Of a stretch of 64,000 nt of DNA, positions 17,705 to 24,909 are shown one piece after another. The notes under the pieces are model-generated. The model saw nothing but the letters and a program-made list of their open reading frames with translations. It did no database searches and had not been told where the DNA came from. Where the stretch lies: assembly GCA_965243025.1 (NCBI GenBank), contig CBDETY010000003.1:4096001-4160000 (forward strand), given 5' to 3'. Source of the DNA: Candidatus Latescibacterota bacterium (GTDB lineage Bacteria > Latescibacterota > UBA2968 > UBA8231). How positions within the stretch are numbered: the stretch's first letter is position 1; every line of letters begins with the position of its first letter. Made by a program: the position numbers and the translations under genes.

Positions 17705-18502
17705 CTATTGCTCCCCTTCCTCCCGCTTTAGCATATAGACTGTGAACTCTCCGATTAATCGAAACCCGATATGTGTGGCCAATCGTTCAGATACTGTGTT
17801 TCCTGGCCATGTATGCCAAGTTGGTTCCAATCTTGCGGCGAGACAACCCTCAATGTATGCGGCAGTTACTTGCGTGGCATATCCCTTGCGGCGGAATGGC
17901 TCGCCCGTCCTCAGTTGAGGATCCGCCCAACCTGCGCCGACGAGAGCTGTGAAGCAAAAACTGGCAAGGTTATCCCCCTCAAAGAGGCCGTAGCCCAGAC
18001 CCTCTCTACAGAAATGCTCTACTGAGTCGAAATACCAGAGAATCCCCGACTCCGAATCTTGATCAATTAAGTCGGCAAGTGACTCATTGATGCGCTCTAT
18101 CCTACAACCGGGCGCCAGTTTCGTCGGGGTAGACATCTTTTTGTATGAGTTTTCGTCGAACCGGTAGGATAACATCTGGTATGGCTCGGACGAATCTCTC
18201 ATGAATGTCCTCAGGCGATCCTGCCAATATCCAGCCGTCCCACATAGGTGAAGCACGTCATTGTCGATCTTATCAAACAGTTCTCGCTCCAATTCATCTG
18301 AGAAGGACTCATTTTCACCTCCCACATAGGAGTATCCTGTGGAATGACAGACGACCGTAGCGCGGGGTGCTATTGCGTCGTCAACGAAAATCCTACCGAT
18401 CTGCTTCTGCTCGATCACGCTGTGTGGTAGCGAAGGCCACATTTCGATTCCCTCAAACAGAGGAGCAACCCGCTGAAAATTAGCCGGGGTGAGTTCGATC
18501 AA
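17705..18502 (-). CDS. GNAT family acetyltransferase (cassette gene)
   Basis: TGEPFRRKGYA, NTVSERLATHIGF. Confidence 0.85.
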   Translation of the reverse strand: MIELTPANFQRVAPLFEGIEMWPSLPHSVIEQKQIGRIFVDDAIAPRATVVCHSTGYSYVGGENESFSDELERELFDKIDNDVLHLCGTAGYWQDRLRTFMRDSSEPYQMLSYRFDENSYKKMSTPTKLAPGCRIERINESLADLIDQDSESGILWYFDSVEHFCREGLGYGLFEGDNLASFCFTALVGAGWADPQLRTGEPFRRKGYATQVTAAYIEGCLAARLEPTWHTWPGNTVSERLATHIGFRLIGEFTVYMLKREEGEQ

Positions 18503-18531
18503 TTTTTTTGCCCGTTAGGGTCAAGGAGGGT

Positions 18532-18562
18532 AAACGCCGCAGCGGGAATGGACGTGTCAGCA
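18532..18562. repeat. Half attC-like site (right arm only)
   Basis: CGCCGCAGCGGGAAT...GTCAGCA. Resembles the right arm of the 22541 site and matches the cassette start GGCAGCAGAC. Confidence 0.55.
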
Positions 18563-18575
18563 AACCGTTTCAGAT

Positions 18576-19250
18576 TCACCCAATGATAAGCGAATTGGGG
18601 GAAGATGCCGGGAGACCTGCGTCGAACCGCCGATAACCAAACCTCTCAAAGGTCTCTGATTCGTACGCCCAGACAACCTTCTCCTCGTCTTCATTGAAAT
18701 GGTCAAAGAACGTCCCCGGCGGCCGGATTCCTCGCTCAAGTGCACGTGGGTACTCCGGCGCGTCGTCGCTGACGAATGGCAACTCTTTGAGGCACTGCGG
18801 AAGACGCTCGTATAATAGCACCTGTGTTACACCTGCGGCCTTGCAATAATACCACTGATTCATCACACTCTCTGGGCAATCGCCACCCCCAAGTTGTGTC
18901 CCGTCCTTCTCAAGCGTGTAGCCCCGAATCCGTTCCTCCAGGGACTCCGGGTGCTCCTTCGGAAGCTCGACTTGCTCTCTCAGACTTTCGTGTGGCTCAC
19001 GGTCTCCCAAGCTTTCGTATTTCCCTTTTCCCCCCCAAGGAATAGCGAACGCTCCACTCGTGTGCCGGTCATAGGGATTCCGAACGATGGTGAAGATCAG
19101 GTAACCTCTAGCCTCTTCCGGAACGACCATGTCGTGGTGCCCCCCCACGGTTTGCCCCTGGTAGTGAGTGCAGAGCCAACGAATCATCGACTTCGAACTG
19201 GTCCTGGGGATGCCGATGTAGGCATATCTGAGGAAATGAGAAAGGACCAT
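18576..19250 (-). CDS. Sulfotransferase-family (Sulfotransfer_2-like) protein (cassette gene)
   Basis: YIGIPRTSSKS and FTIVRNPYDR PAPS-binding motifs, GGAGG RBS. Confidence 0.75.
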   Translation of the reverse strand: MVLSHFLRYAYIGIPRTSSKSMIRWLCTHYQGQTVGGHHDMVVPEEARGYLIFTIVRNPYDRHTSGAFAIPWGGKGKYESLGDREPHESLREQVELPKEHPESLEERIRGYTLEKDGTQLGGGDCPESVMNQWYYCKAAGVTQVLLYERLPQCLKELPFVSDDAPEYPRALERGIRPPGTFFDHFNEDEEKVVWAYESETFERFGYRRFDAGLPASSPNSLIIG

Positions 19251-19281
19251 ATATCGCCTCCACTGCCAATGCTTGAATGTC

Positions 19282-19378
19282 TGCTGCCGTTTATCGGTTT
19301 GCGGACCCCGAGTTTGGCGAGGGGTTGCCGAAGGCCAAAGCCCCAAAAGCCCCGCAGAGCAGCACCGTGATGTTATTC
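19282..19378. repeat. attC-like site
   Basis: Internal GGTTGCCGAAGGCCAA. The right end GTTATTCGAT matches the cassette start GTTATTCGAA. Confidence 0.8.
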
Positions 19379-19389
19379 GATGTGATCAA

Positions 19390-19725
19390 TCACGCAACCC
19401 TGACTTTGTCGTTAACCGCTGCCTCTCCCTGCAAACCTGGCGTATGGATGACAAAGTGGTAATGGTCCTCGGAACAATACAAGAACGTGTGCACCTCTCC
19501 AGGTTCGATGATGACGCCAGATTTCTCGGCAAAGCTAAACTCCTCGCCATCGACAAGCATCGTGATGTGGCCGTGCGCAAACAAATAGATTTCGGTGGTA
19601 GACCTGTGATAATGGGGTTCGTTTATGGCGGTGTTTGCATATCCGATTGAAATGTTCAGATCTGAGTCCCAAGGTCCAACAAACCAGCCCTTTTCCATTT
19701 TATTATCCGGCTCAATGATTCTCAC
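19390..19725 (-). CDS. Cupin-domain protein (cassette gene)
   Basis: PHYH...EIY...IEPGEVHTF. Confidence 0.85.
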   Translation of the reverse strand: MRIIEPDNKMEKGWFVGPWDSDLNISIGYANTAINEPHYHRSTTEIYLFAHGHITMLVDGEEFSFAEKSGVIIEPGEVHTFLYCSEDHYHFVIHTPGLQGEAAVNDKVRVA

Positions 19726-19754
19726 TTGCTTTGGCCTCCAGCTCGTTGCATTTC

Positions 19755-19833
19755 GAATAACGTTTCAGTGCCCCGCATCGCGAAGCGGTTGGGCGAAGGG
19801 CCGAATGGCCCAAGCCGGGGCACCATGTTAGAG
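19755..19833. repeat. attC-like site (best preserved)
   Basis: GAATAAC...GTGCCCCG/CGGGGCAC...GTTAGAG. The upstream gene's stop lies within the core. Confidence 0.9.
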
Positions 19834-20406
19834 GACGTGGCTTCCCTCAACGCTCGCTGGAAATCGTCTATCGGACTCGTTCGCATGAGATGCAAGCCAG
19901 GCCTTCTTTGTCAGTAAGAACTGACGTGCTGCTTCCCCCTTGAACTTGGAACTATTGTAGACAAACCCTTCAGTCTCCTGAAAGCCGTTTTTTTCGAGGA
20001 CACGGGCTGATCCAGGATTTCGCCTTAAGCAGGCGGAGCGAACGGTTTCCATTCCGAGCTCGAGGAAGGCATACCGTAGTGCCAAAGAAACGGCCTTGGT
20101 TGTAATTCCCTTTCCCCAGTAGGCCGAGGCAATGGCGTAATCGCATTGGATGCTACCGCTCTCCAAATCACTTCCCCCTAATTCAACGACTCCTATCATC
20201 TCTCCGTCGGCAACGATGGCAAAGAAGAAACCCGCTCCGTTTCGGCGGGCATCAACGGCCTGTTCCACAAACCTTGCAGCGCCATCCTCTGGATAGGGCT
20301 CGGGAATCGTAGTGGTTCGTGCTACCCGCTCATCAGAGGCGTAACGTTGGACCGCCGGTTCGTCGCCAATCCGCAGTGGCCGGATTGTAACCTTTAGTTC
20401 TGTCAT
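19828..20406 (-). CDS. RimJ/RimL-type GNAT (cassette gene)
   Basis: YWGKGITT, NPGSARVLEKNGF. Confidence 0.9.
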   Translation of the reverse strand: MTELKVTIRPLRIGDEPAVQRYASDERVARTTTIPEPYPEDGAARFVEQAVDARRNGAGFFFAIVADGEMIGVVELGGSDLESGSIQCDYAIASAYWGKGITTKAVSLALRYAFLELGMETVRSACLRRNPGSARVLEKNGFQETEGFVYNSSKFKGEAARQFLLTKKAWLASHANESDRRFPASVEGSHVL

Positions 20407-21143
20407 CGTCTCCTTCCCATGTCCTCTAACTGATTGCCATTCACGAAGCCGCGTAGCGGCTGTCGAGGGATCTTACACTGGGCCTCAAGGTGGCGAAGAT
20501 CGTCCTGATCCAGACTGCAATCGTTGCTGTGGACGTACGAATCCAGATCCATTAGAATCAATCGATGAAAACGAGCATCCAGTGCTCTCAATCCCCACTC
20601 TCCGGCCTCTATCTTGGTGCAGAGACGGCGTTCCGCCAAGGTAAATGCAACGCGGCAAAACATCAGCGCAGGATTCTTGAAGTGGGTCCGTATCTGCGGA
20701 ACAACGTGCCGAATGCACTGCCGCAGTAAAGGCCACGGAACGCGTTTCAGAATCCTGTTGTGAGGTGTACCGAGAAGATCCCTCCCTGATTCAAAAATAT
20801 CTTGCCTCAACAAGAGAAAATCTTTGCTACCATCAGGCTTGAGGACAATTGTATTGTTCATCTTGAGAAGGAAATCAACAGGAGTGGGGAAAACGTCGGC
20901 GTTGATATGGTCTATCGTTGCTGCTGTTATGTCGTAAGACAGAGACTGTGATTTTACGTGTTCCAGGAGATGCACCCTTTTCTCCGACGGAGTGGGACGC
21001 TTCGTGACAAGAAGAAGGTCAACATCACTCGTCTCAGGATTGCCAGACTCCCGAGCGCGTGAGCCACCCATCCAAACCGATTCCAGTTCTCCTTCGTAAA
21101 TCTCACCGAGTCCCTCCACAAAGCCATCTATTGCACTTCTCAT
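20403..21143 (-). CDS. Nucleotidyltransferase, aminoglycoside adenylyltransferase (AadA/DUF4111)-like, with C-terminal read-through
   Basis: GS...SDVDLL NTase motif and CRVAFTL...TKIEAGEWGL C-terminal domain. The last ~20 aa are encoded by an att relic. Confidence 0.75.
   Translation of the reverse strand: MRSAIDGFVEGLGEIYEGELESVWMGGSRARESGNPETSDVDLLLVTKRPTPSEKRVHLLEHVKSQSLSYDITAATIDHINADVFPTPVDFLLKMNNTIVLKPDGSKDFLLLRQDIFESGRDLLGTPHNRILKRVPWPLLRQCIRHVVPQIRTHFKNPALMFCRVAFTLAERRLCTKIEAGEWGLRALDARFHRLILMDLDSYVHSNDCSLDQDDLRHLEAQCKIPRQPLRGFVNGNQLEDMGRRR
20424..20465. repeat. Half attC-like site inside the end of a CDS
   Basis: GTCCTCTAAC is the exact reverse complement of GTTAGAGGAC (19827-19836). 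It is followed by the AGCCGCGTAGCGGCT hairpin. Confidence 0.8.
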
Positions 21144-21257
21144 GGCAAGAATTACCGGGGAGAAATGAATCGGGCTCCTGTCCGACCTCTATCTAACATC
21201 GAGGAAGCATATCCTGGAGTGATGTCAATATGGCCAGCTTCACTTATATGCGATGAC

Positions 21258-21339
21258 ACCTAACGTTTCAGTGCCGCCGAACCGCGCAGCGGTTGGGCGA
21301 AGGGGCTCTTGTCCCGAAGCCGGGGGCACGGTGTTACAT
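21258..21339. repeat. attC-like site
   Basis: ACCTAAC...GTGCC/GGCAC...GTTACAT, internal GCGGTTGGGCGAAGGG. Confidence 0.9.
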
Positions 21340-21376
21340 GAAGTGCGCTGATACCCTGCGATATCGGATCCGATGC

Positions 21377-21958
21377 TTAACCGCTTCCTATGCCTGAAAC
21401 AACGACGCAAACAGCACTGGCAGTGTCGATATGGGTCAGATAGTAGTCTTCCGCTGCCCTCCATCTCCGAATCCATTCGTCTGTGTTTTCACCTCGCTTG
21501 ACCAGCCTATCCAAACATTCGGCCTTGGGAGTGTCGACGAAAATGGAGAAGCCATAGAAGTTCCTCAATTCCGGCCGATAAGAATAGACCCCATCGATCA
21601 GTATGATGCCCTCAGCCGGTTGGTCAATCCACTCCGCCAGCTGGTTGATCCCCCAATCATAGCGCTGGTAGCGAGTTCGATCTCCACCCGATAAAGGTTT
21701 AAGGAGTTCACTTCGCATCCTTACCCAATCAAAATACCTCATGTAACCATCTTCAGGCGTTAGAGCCCTTCTCTCAGACTCCCCCATTGGAGTATAGAAG
21801 TCATCCCCGTGAACGATTGAGATGAGATTACATGTCTCGCTTAGTTTCCTGGCGATGGTTGACTTTCCAGCTCCGCCGGGACCATCGAGTGCGACTACGA
21901 GAAGGCTATTCGAGCCCAATTCCGAGACAAGCCGCGATGAGAGAACATTAACGTCCAT
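21377..21958 (-). CDS. Uridine kinase-like P-loop kinase (cassette gene)
   Basis: VALDGPGGAGKST, HGDDFY, LIDGVYS. Confidence 0.85.
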   Translation of the reverse strand: MDVNVLSSRLVSELGSNSLLVVALDGPGGAGKSTIARKLSETCNLISIVHGDDFYTPMGESERRALTPEDGYMRYFDWVRMRSELLKPLSGGDRTRYQRYDWGINQLAEWIDQPAEGIILIDGVYSYRPELRNFYGFSIFVDTPKAECLDRLVKRGENTDEWIRRWRAAEDYYLTHIDTASAVCVVVSGIGSG

Positions 21959-21998
21959 GTCGTGTCAGCGTCTATTGCAGATGTCGATCAAGCATTTC

Positions 21999-22082
21999 AT
22001 ATATCGTTCCGGGCGGGCTGCGAACCCGCGCAGCGGGTTGGTGCGAAGGCCAATGGCCGGTCCGCAGCCCGGCGTAGTATGC
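21999..22082. repeat. attC-like site
   Basis: ATATATC...GGGCTGCG/CGCAGCCC...AGTATGC, internal AACCCGCGCAGCGGGTT. Confidence 0.8.
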
Positions 22083-22108
22083 GGCGTTTCTCACGCCCTT
22101 TTTACCCC

Positions 22109-22474
22109 TCAACGAATACTTGAGGCACAATCCAAAAAGGTCTCTGCATCCAAATCGAAACTGGGAGTATGGAGGAGGAGTAGAGTCGCGTCTTCATCGG
22201 ATGAATTCTCGTATGAAAAACTTTGACCTTGCTGGACGAGACAAAAGTCGGCGCCTTCGAGCCGATACTCCTTCCCCTCTATCGTGAAGAGGACTATTCC
22301 ATTCAAAACGTAGTAGTACTTGTCAGAGCGCTCCGACCTTGCCTTCCGATGACCTCTGCCAGGACCAACTTTTATTTTGGCAAGCGAGGAACTGATATTC
22401 ACACCTGAGGTGTAGTCGAATATCTGAAGGCCTTCGAATTCAATCGGAGCTACCGCCGAAGAGTTCACTACCAT
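22109..22474 (-). CDS. Cupin-domain protein (cassette gene)
   Basis: KYYYVLNG...IEGKEYRL...GQSFSYEN beta-barrel pattern. Confidence 0.8.
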   Translation of the reverse strand: MVVNSSAVAPIEFEGLQIFDYTSGVNISSSLAKIKVGPGRGHRKARSERSDKYYYVLNGIVLFTIEGKEYRLEGADFCLVQQGQSFSYENSSDEDATLLLLHTPSFDLDAETFLDCASSIR

Positions 22475-22540
22475 TTGTGGGTCCTTGATGGCACTGGGGT
22501 TGGAATTTCAGAAGTCCTTAGAGGACGTAAATTAAATGCC

Positions 22541-22630
22541 GTATAACGTCTCACAATTCACGGAGTCGCGAATGCGACTTGCCGCAGCCCCAGCGCCGAG
22601 AGGCGCGTAGCGGGAATTGCTGTGTTATAT
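22541..22630. repeat. attC-like site
   Basis: GTATAAC...CAATTC/GAATTG...GTTATAT with several internal mini-hairpins. Confidence 0.9.
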
Positions 22631-22643
22631 GAAGTGGAGGACA

Positions 22644-23219
22644 TCACTTGCGTTCAGCCATTCGATCGAAGGCATTCGGACGGCTTCGGGTGTTCCAAGC
22701 ATCGACTACAGCTGCTGCGATAGCTTCGCTCGGCTGCGTCGAGTCGACCTCCAGATCGTACTCGATGAAACTGTGAACTATGTGAAAGTCCGCTCTGGCT
22801 TCTCCAGGTCCCCGGTCTCCTCTGGTGCGCTCCCTTCGCTCTAGCTCTGAGAGCGGACAGTGCACCCCGACGACGAAAACATCAAAAGCGGAAAGAAGAT
22901 CTAACAAATCTGACAACCACTCCTCGGTCTCGACTATGTGGTCAACGATGAGATTGTTGCCTGCACCGGCCAAAACCGGAAGACAACGGTGAAACCCATC
23001 GAATACCGCTGGCCGCATGGCTGGCCAATCGAGTTCACGATTGAGTATTCGGGACCATGGCAGAGCGTTGGAATCACGCAGATGGTCAAACGAAAAATGC
23101 CAAAAAGGAACTTCCAAGGTTTGCTGGAGGAGACGTGCGAGCGTCGACTTTCCTGCACTTGATGCGCCGTTTATGAGAATGATCTTGCCCTGGTCTCGAT
23201 CGTTATCCAAGTGTATCAA
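22644..23219 (-). CDS. Chloramphenicol phosphotransferase (CPT)-like kinase (cassette gene)
   Basis: IILINGASSAGKST, GNNLIVD, VGVHCPL..LERRE..RGDR, YDLEVDST. Confidence 0.85.
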   Translation of the reverse strand: MIHLDNDRDQGKIILINGASSAGKSTLARLLQQTLEVPFWHFSFDHLRDSNALPWSRILNRELDWPAMRPAVFDGFHRCLPVLAGAGNNLIVDHIVETEEWLSDLLDLLSAFDVFVVGVHCPLSELERRERTRGDRGPGEARADFHIVHSFIEYDLEVDSTQPSEAIAAAVVDAWNTRSRPNAFDRMAERK

Positions 23220-23248
23220 GAATCCTGTTCAGCTTTTTAACTCATGTC

Positions 23249-23347
23249 ATATAACGTTACGCCGGTTTGCGAACGCCGAGTCAGTCGAGGCGTTGCCGAA
23301 GGCCAAGACGCCCGAAGGGCGGCGCAGCGCAAAACGTGCTGATATTT
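23249..23347. repeat. attC-like site with a GAT core
   Basis: ATATAAC...GCCGAAGGC, GCCCGAAGGGC, GCGCAGCGC...GATATTT. Confidence 0.85.
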
Positions 23348-23374
23348 GACGTGGGCAAGGTCTATAGATTGCTG

Positions 23375-24157
23375 TCAAAAAAGAATTTCGCCCCGCAGAT
23401 AGGTTACTGCCTGACCTCCGATCTCGACGCGATCTCCGCGGTCTTCACAATGCAAAACGCCACCACGCTCTGATACTTGCTTCGCCGTCATCCTATGTTT
23501 GTTTAGGCGAGTCGACCAATAAGGAATCAACGTGGTATGGGCTGAACCCGTCACTGGATCCTCGGGTATCCCCGATTGCGGAGCGAAAAATCGCGAAACG
23601 AAATCCACCTCATTCCCCGGGGCTGATACGATTATTCCGCGGGATTGAACTTGCTTGATGCGGGCAAAGTCAGGAGATAGGTTGCTAACTTCCCTCTCTG
23701 AATCGAGAATGGCGAGAAAATCAGCGCCACCTCGATAGAGTTCCAATGGTTCCCTGCCGAGCCCCTCGCAAAGATCACTTGGACAATTGTCTACCGCGGA
23801 AAACTGATCAGTTGGAAAGTCGAGCCAGATACGACCCTTTGACTGTCGCACGCGAAGGGGCCCAGACCGGGAATCGAATACAAGACTCTCTTGATTGTCC
23901 TGTTGTTCGAACAGGACATGGGCGGCGGCCAGGGTCGCGTGGCCACAAAGATCGACTTCAATCGTAGGCGTAAACCAACGAATGGAGATCGGGTCGGAGT
24001 TGCGGAATACGAAGGCAGTCTCGGCAAGGTTGTTCTCTGCGGCAATGTGCTGCATTGTGGTTTCTGGAAGTAAATCATCGCAAAGAACGATAGCAGCCGG
24101 ATTTCCTGAGAATGGCTGTTCGGAAAATGCATCGACTTGGTAAATTGGGAGTTGCAT
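23375..24157 (-). CDS. PhzF family isomerase/epimerase (first cassette)
   Basis: QVDAF...GNPAA, NLAETAF, EVDLCGHATLA, EDPVTGSAH. Confidence 0.95.
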   Translation of the reverse strand: MQLPIYQVDAFSEQPFSGNPAAIVLCDDLLPETTMQHIAAENNLAETAFVFRNSDPISIRWFTPTIEVDLCGHATLAAAHVLFEQQDNQESLVFDSRSGPLRVRQSKGRIWLDFPTDQFSAVDNCPSDLCEGLGREPLELYRGGADFLAILDSEREVSNLSPDFARIKQVQSRGIIVSAPGNEVDFVSRFFAPQSGIPEDPVTGSAHTTLIPYWSTRLNKHRMTAKQVSERGGVLHCEDRGDRVEIGGQAVTYLRGEILF

Positions 24158-24182
24158 CACCAATCCACTTCTCTTGCCCTAT

Positions 24183-24195
24183 GTCATATATCTGA
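24183..24195 (-). other. Putative attI-like junction (5' boundary of the first cassette)
   Basis: Minus-strand GATATATGAC matches the first cassette's 3' core GATATTTGAC, and no attC body lies upstream. Confidence 0.65.
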
Positions 24196-24223
24196 TTGCA
24201 TCCGAACAAATGGTTCGGATAAT
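24196..24223 (+). promoter_or_regulatory. Putative integrase promoter with an overlapping palindromic operator
   Basis: TTGCAT-16 bp-GATAAT. A perfect inverted repeat ATCCGAAC-N5-GTTCGGAT (24200-24220) fills the spacer. Confidence 0.55.
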
Positions 24224-24410
24224 GATCACTGGATGGTACTTACCTGAAACGATGGTACGTGTGGGTGTGAACATTCGCAACCATTTCTTCCGTTCGCTGG
24301 GGTCGGCCTAACTCGTTGCGACTGTGACACATAGCCCGATCTCCGATCCCTGGTGCGACTGGCACGGTTTTCTCTACGGCAGGGCTGACTTCCCACTTGG
24401 AGAAACCCGA

Positions 24411-24905
24411 ATGCGGCGCTATCGGAGACACCGCGACCTGTCCGGCGACGAAGTCGCCATCCTCAACCGGTTCGAGTCCGAGCTGAAGCTGAGGGGGTAC
24501 GCGAGGAAAACGCAGAAGTCCTACATGGGTTGCGGCCGGCGATTCCTTCAGTGGAAACGGGACTTCCGCGGCGAACGGCAGAACCAGGTGCGATCAAGCG
24601 TACAGGCCGTCGACGTGGCTGTTTCCCGGTGCCCGGGAAGGACGGCATCCACCGAACGATCGGTACAGAAAGTGTTCTCCAAGGCGGTCGCCGCCGCGGG
24701 AATCCGCAAGCGGGTGACCGTGCACACCCTGAAACACAGCTTTGCGACGCACCTGCTCGAAGGCGGGACAGATCTGCGCTTCACCCAGGAACTCCTCGGC
24801 CACAGGAGCTCGAAAACGACGGAGATCTACACCCACGTGCAGCGGAAGGACCTGGTGCGGATCGAGAGTCCGCTCGACACCCTGCTGGGCTCCGCCCGGT
24901 CCTGA
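24411..24905 (+). pseudogene. Tyrosine recombinase (integron-like integrase) pseudogene
   Basis: N-terminal [15 protein letters not shown] and C-terminal [36 protein letters not shown]...SPLD. The central region is deleted, [10 protein letters not shown]...RH (24601-24648) is out of frame, and the catalytic HxxR has become HxxK. Confidence 0.9.
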
Positions 24906-24909
24906 TCGG

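Noticed and set aside
8480-19346. ORF-track N-terminal extensions of cassette genes (e.g. to 8545, 9315, 11431, 14376, 19346)
   Set aside because: They run through att sites. Downstream starts inside the cassette boundaries fit better.
4866-23347. Repeats read as a CRISPR array or REP elements
   Set aside because: The repeats are divergent, 80-105 bp long, separated by whole genes, and have cassette-specific paired ends. No cas genes are present.
24304-24330. GGCCTAAC-TCGTTG as a further att site
   Set aside because: No att body, hairpins or matching cassette end. At most an accessory integrase-binding site.
24324-24905. Functional XerC/XerD or intact IntI
   Set aside because: Too short, central catalytic region deleted, frameshifted, and the catalytic Arg is replaced.
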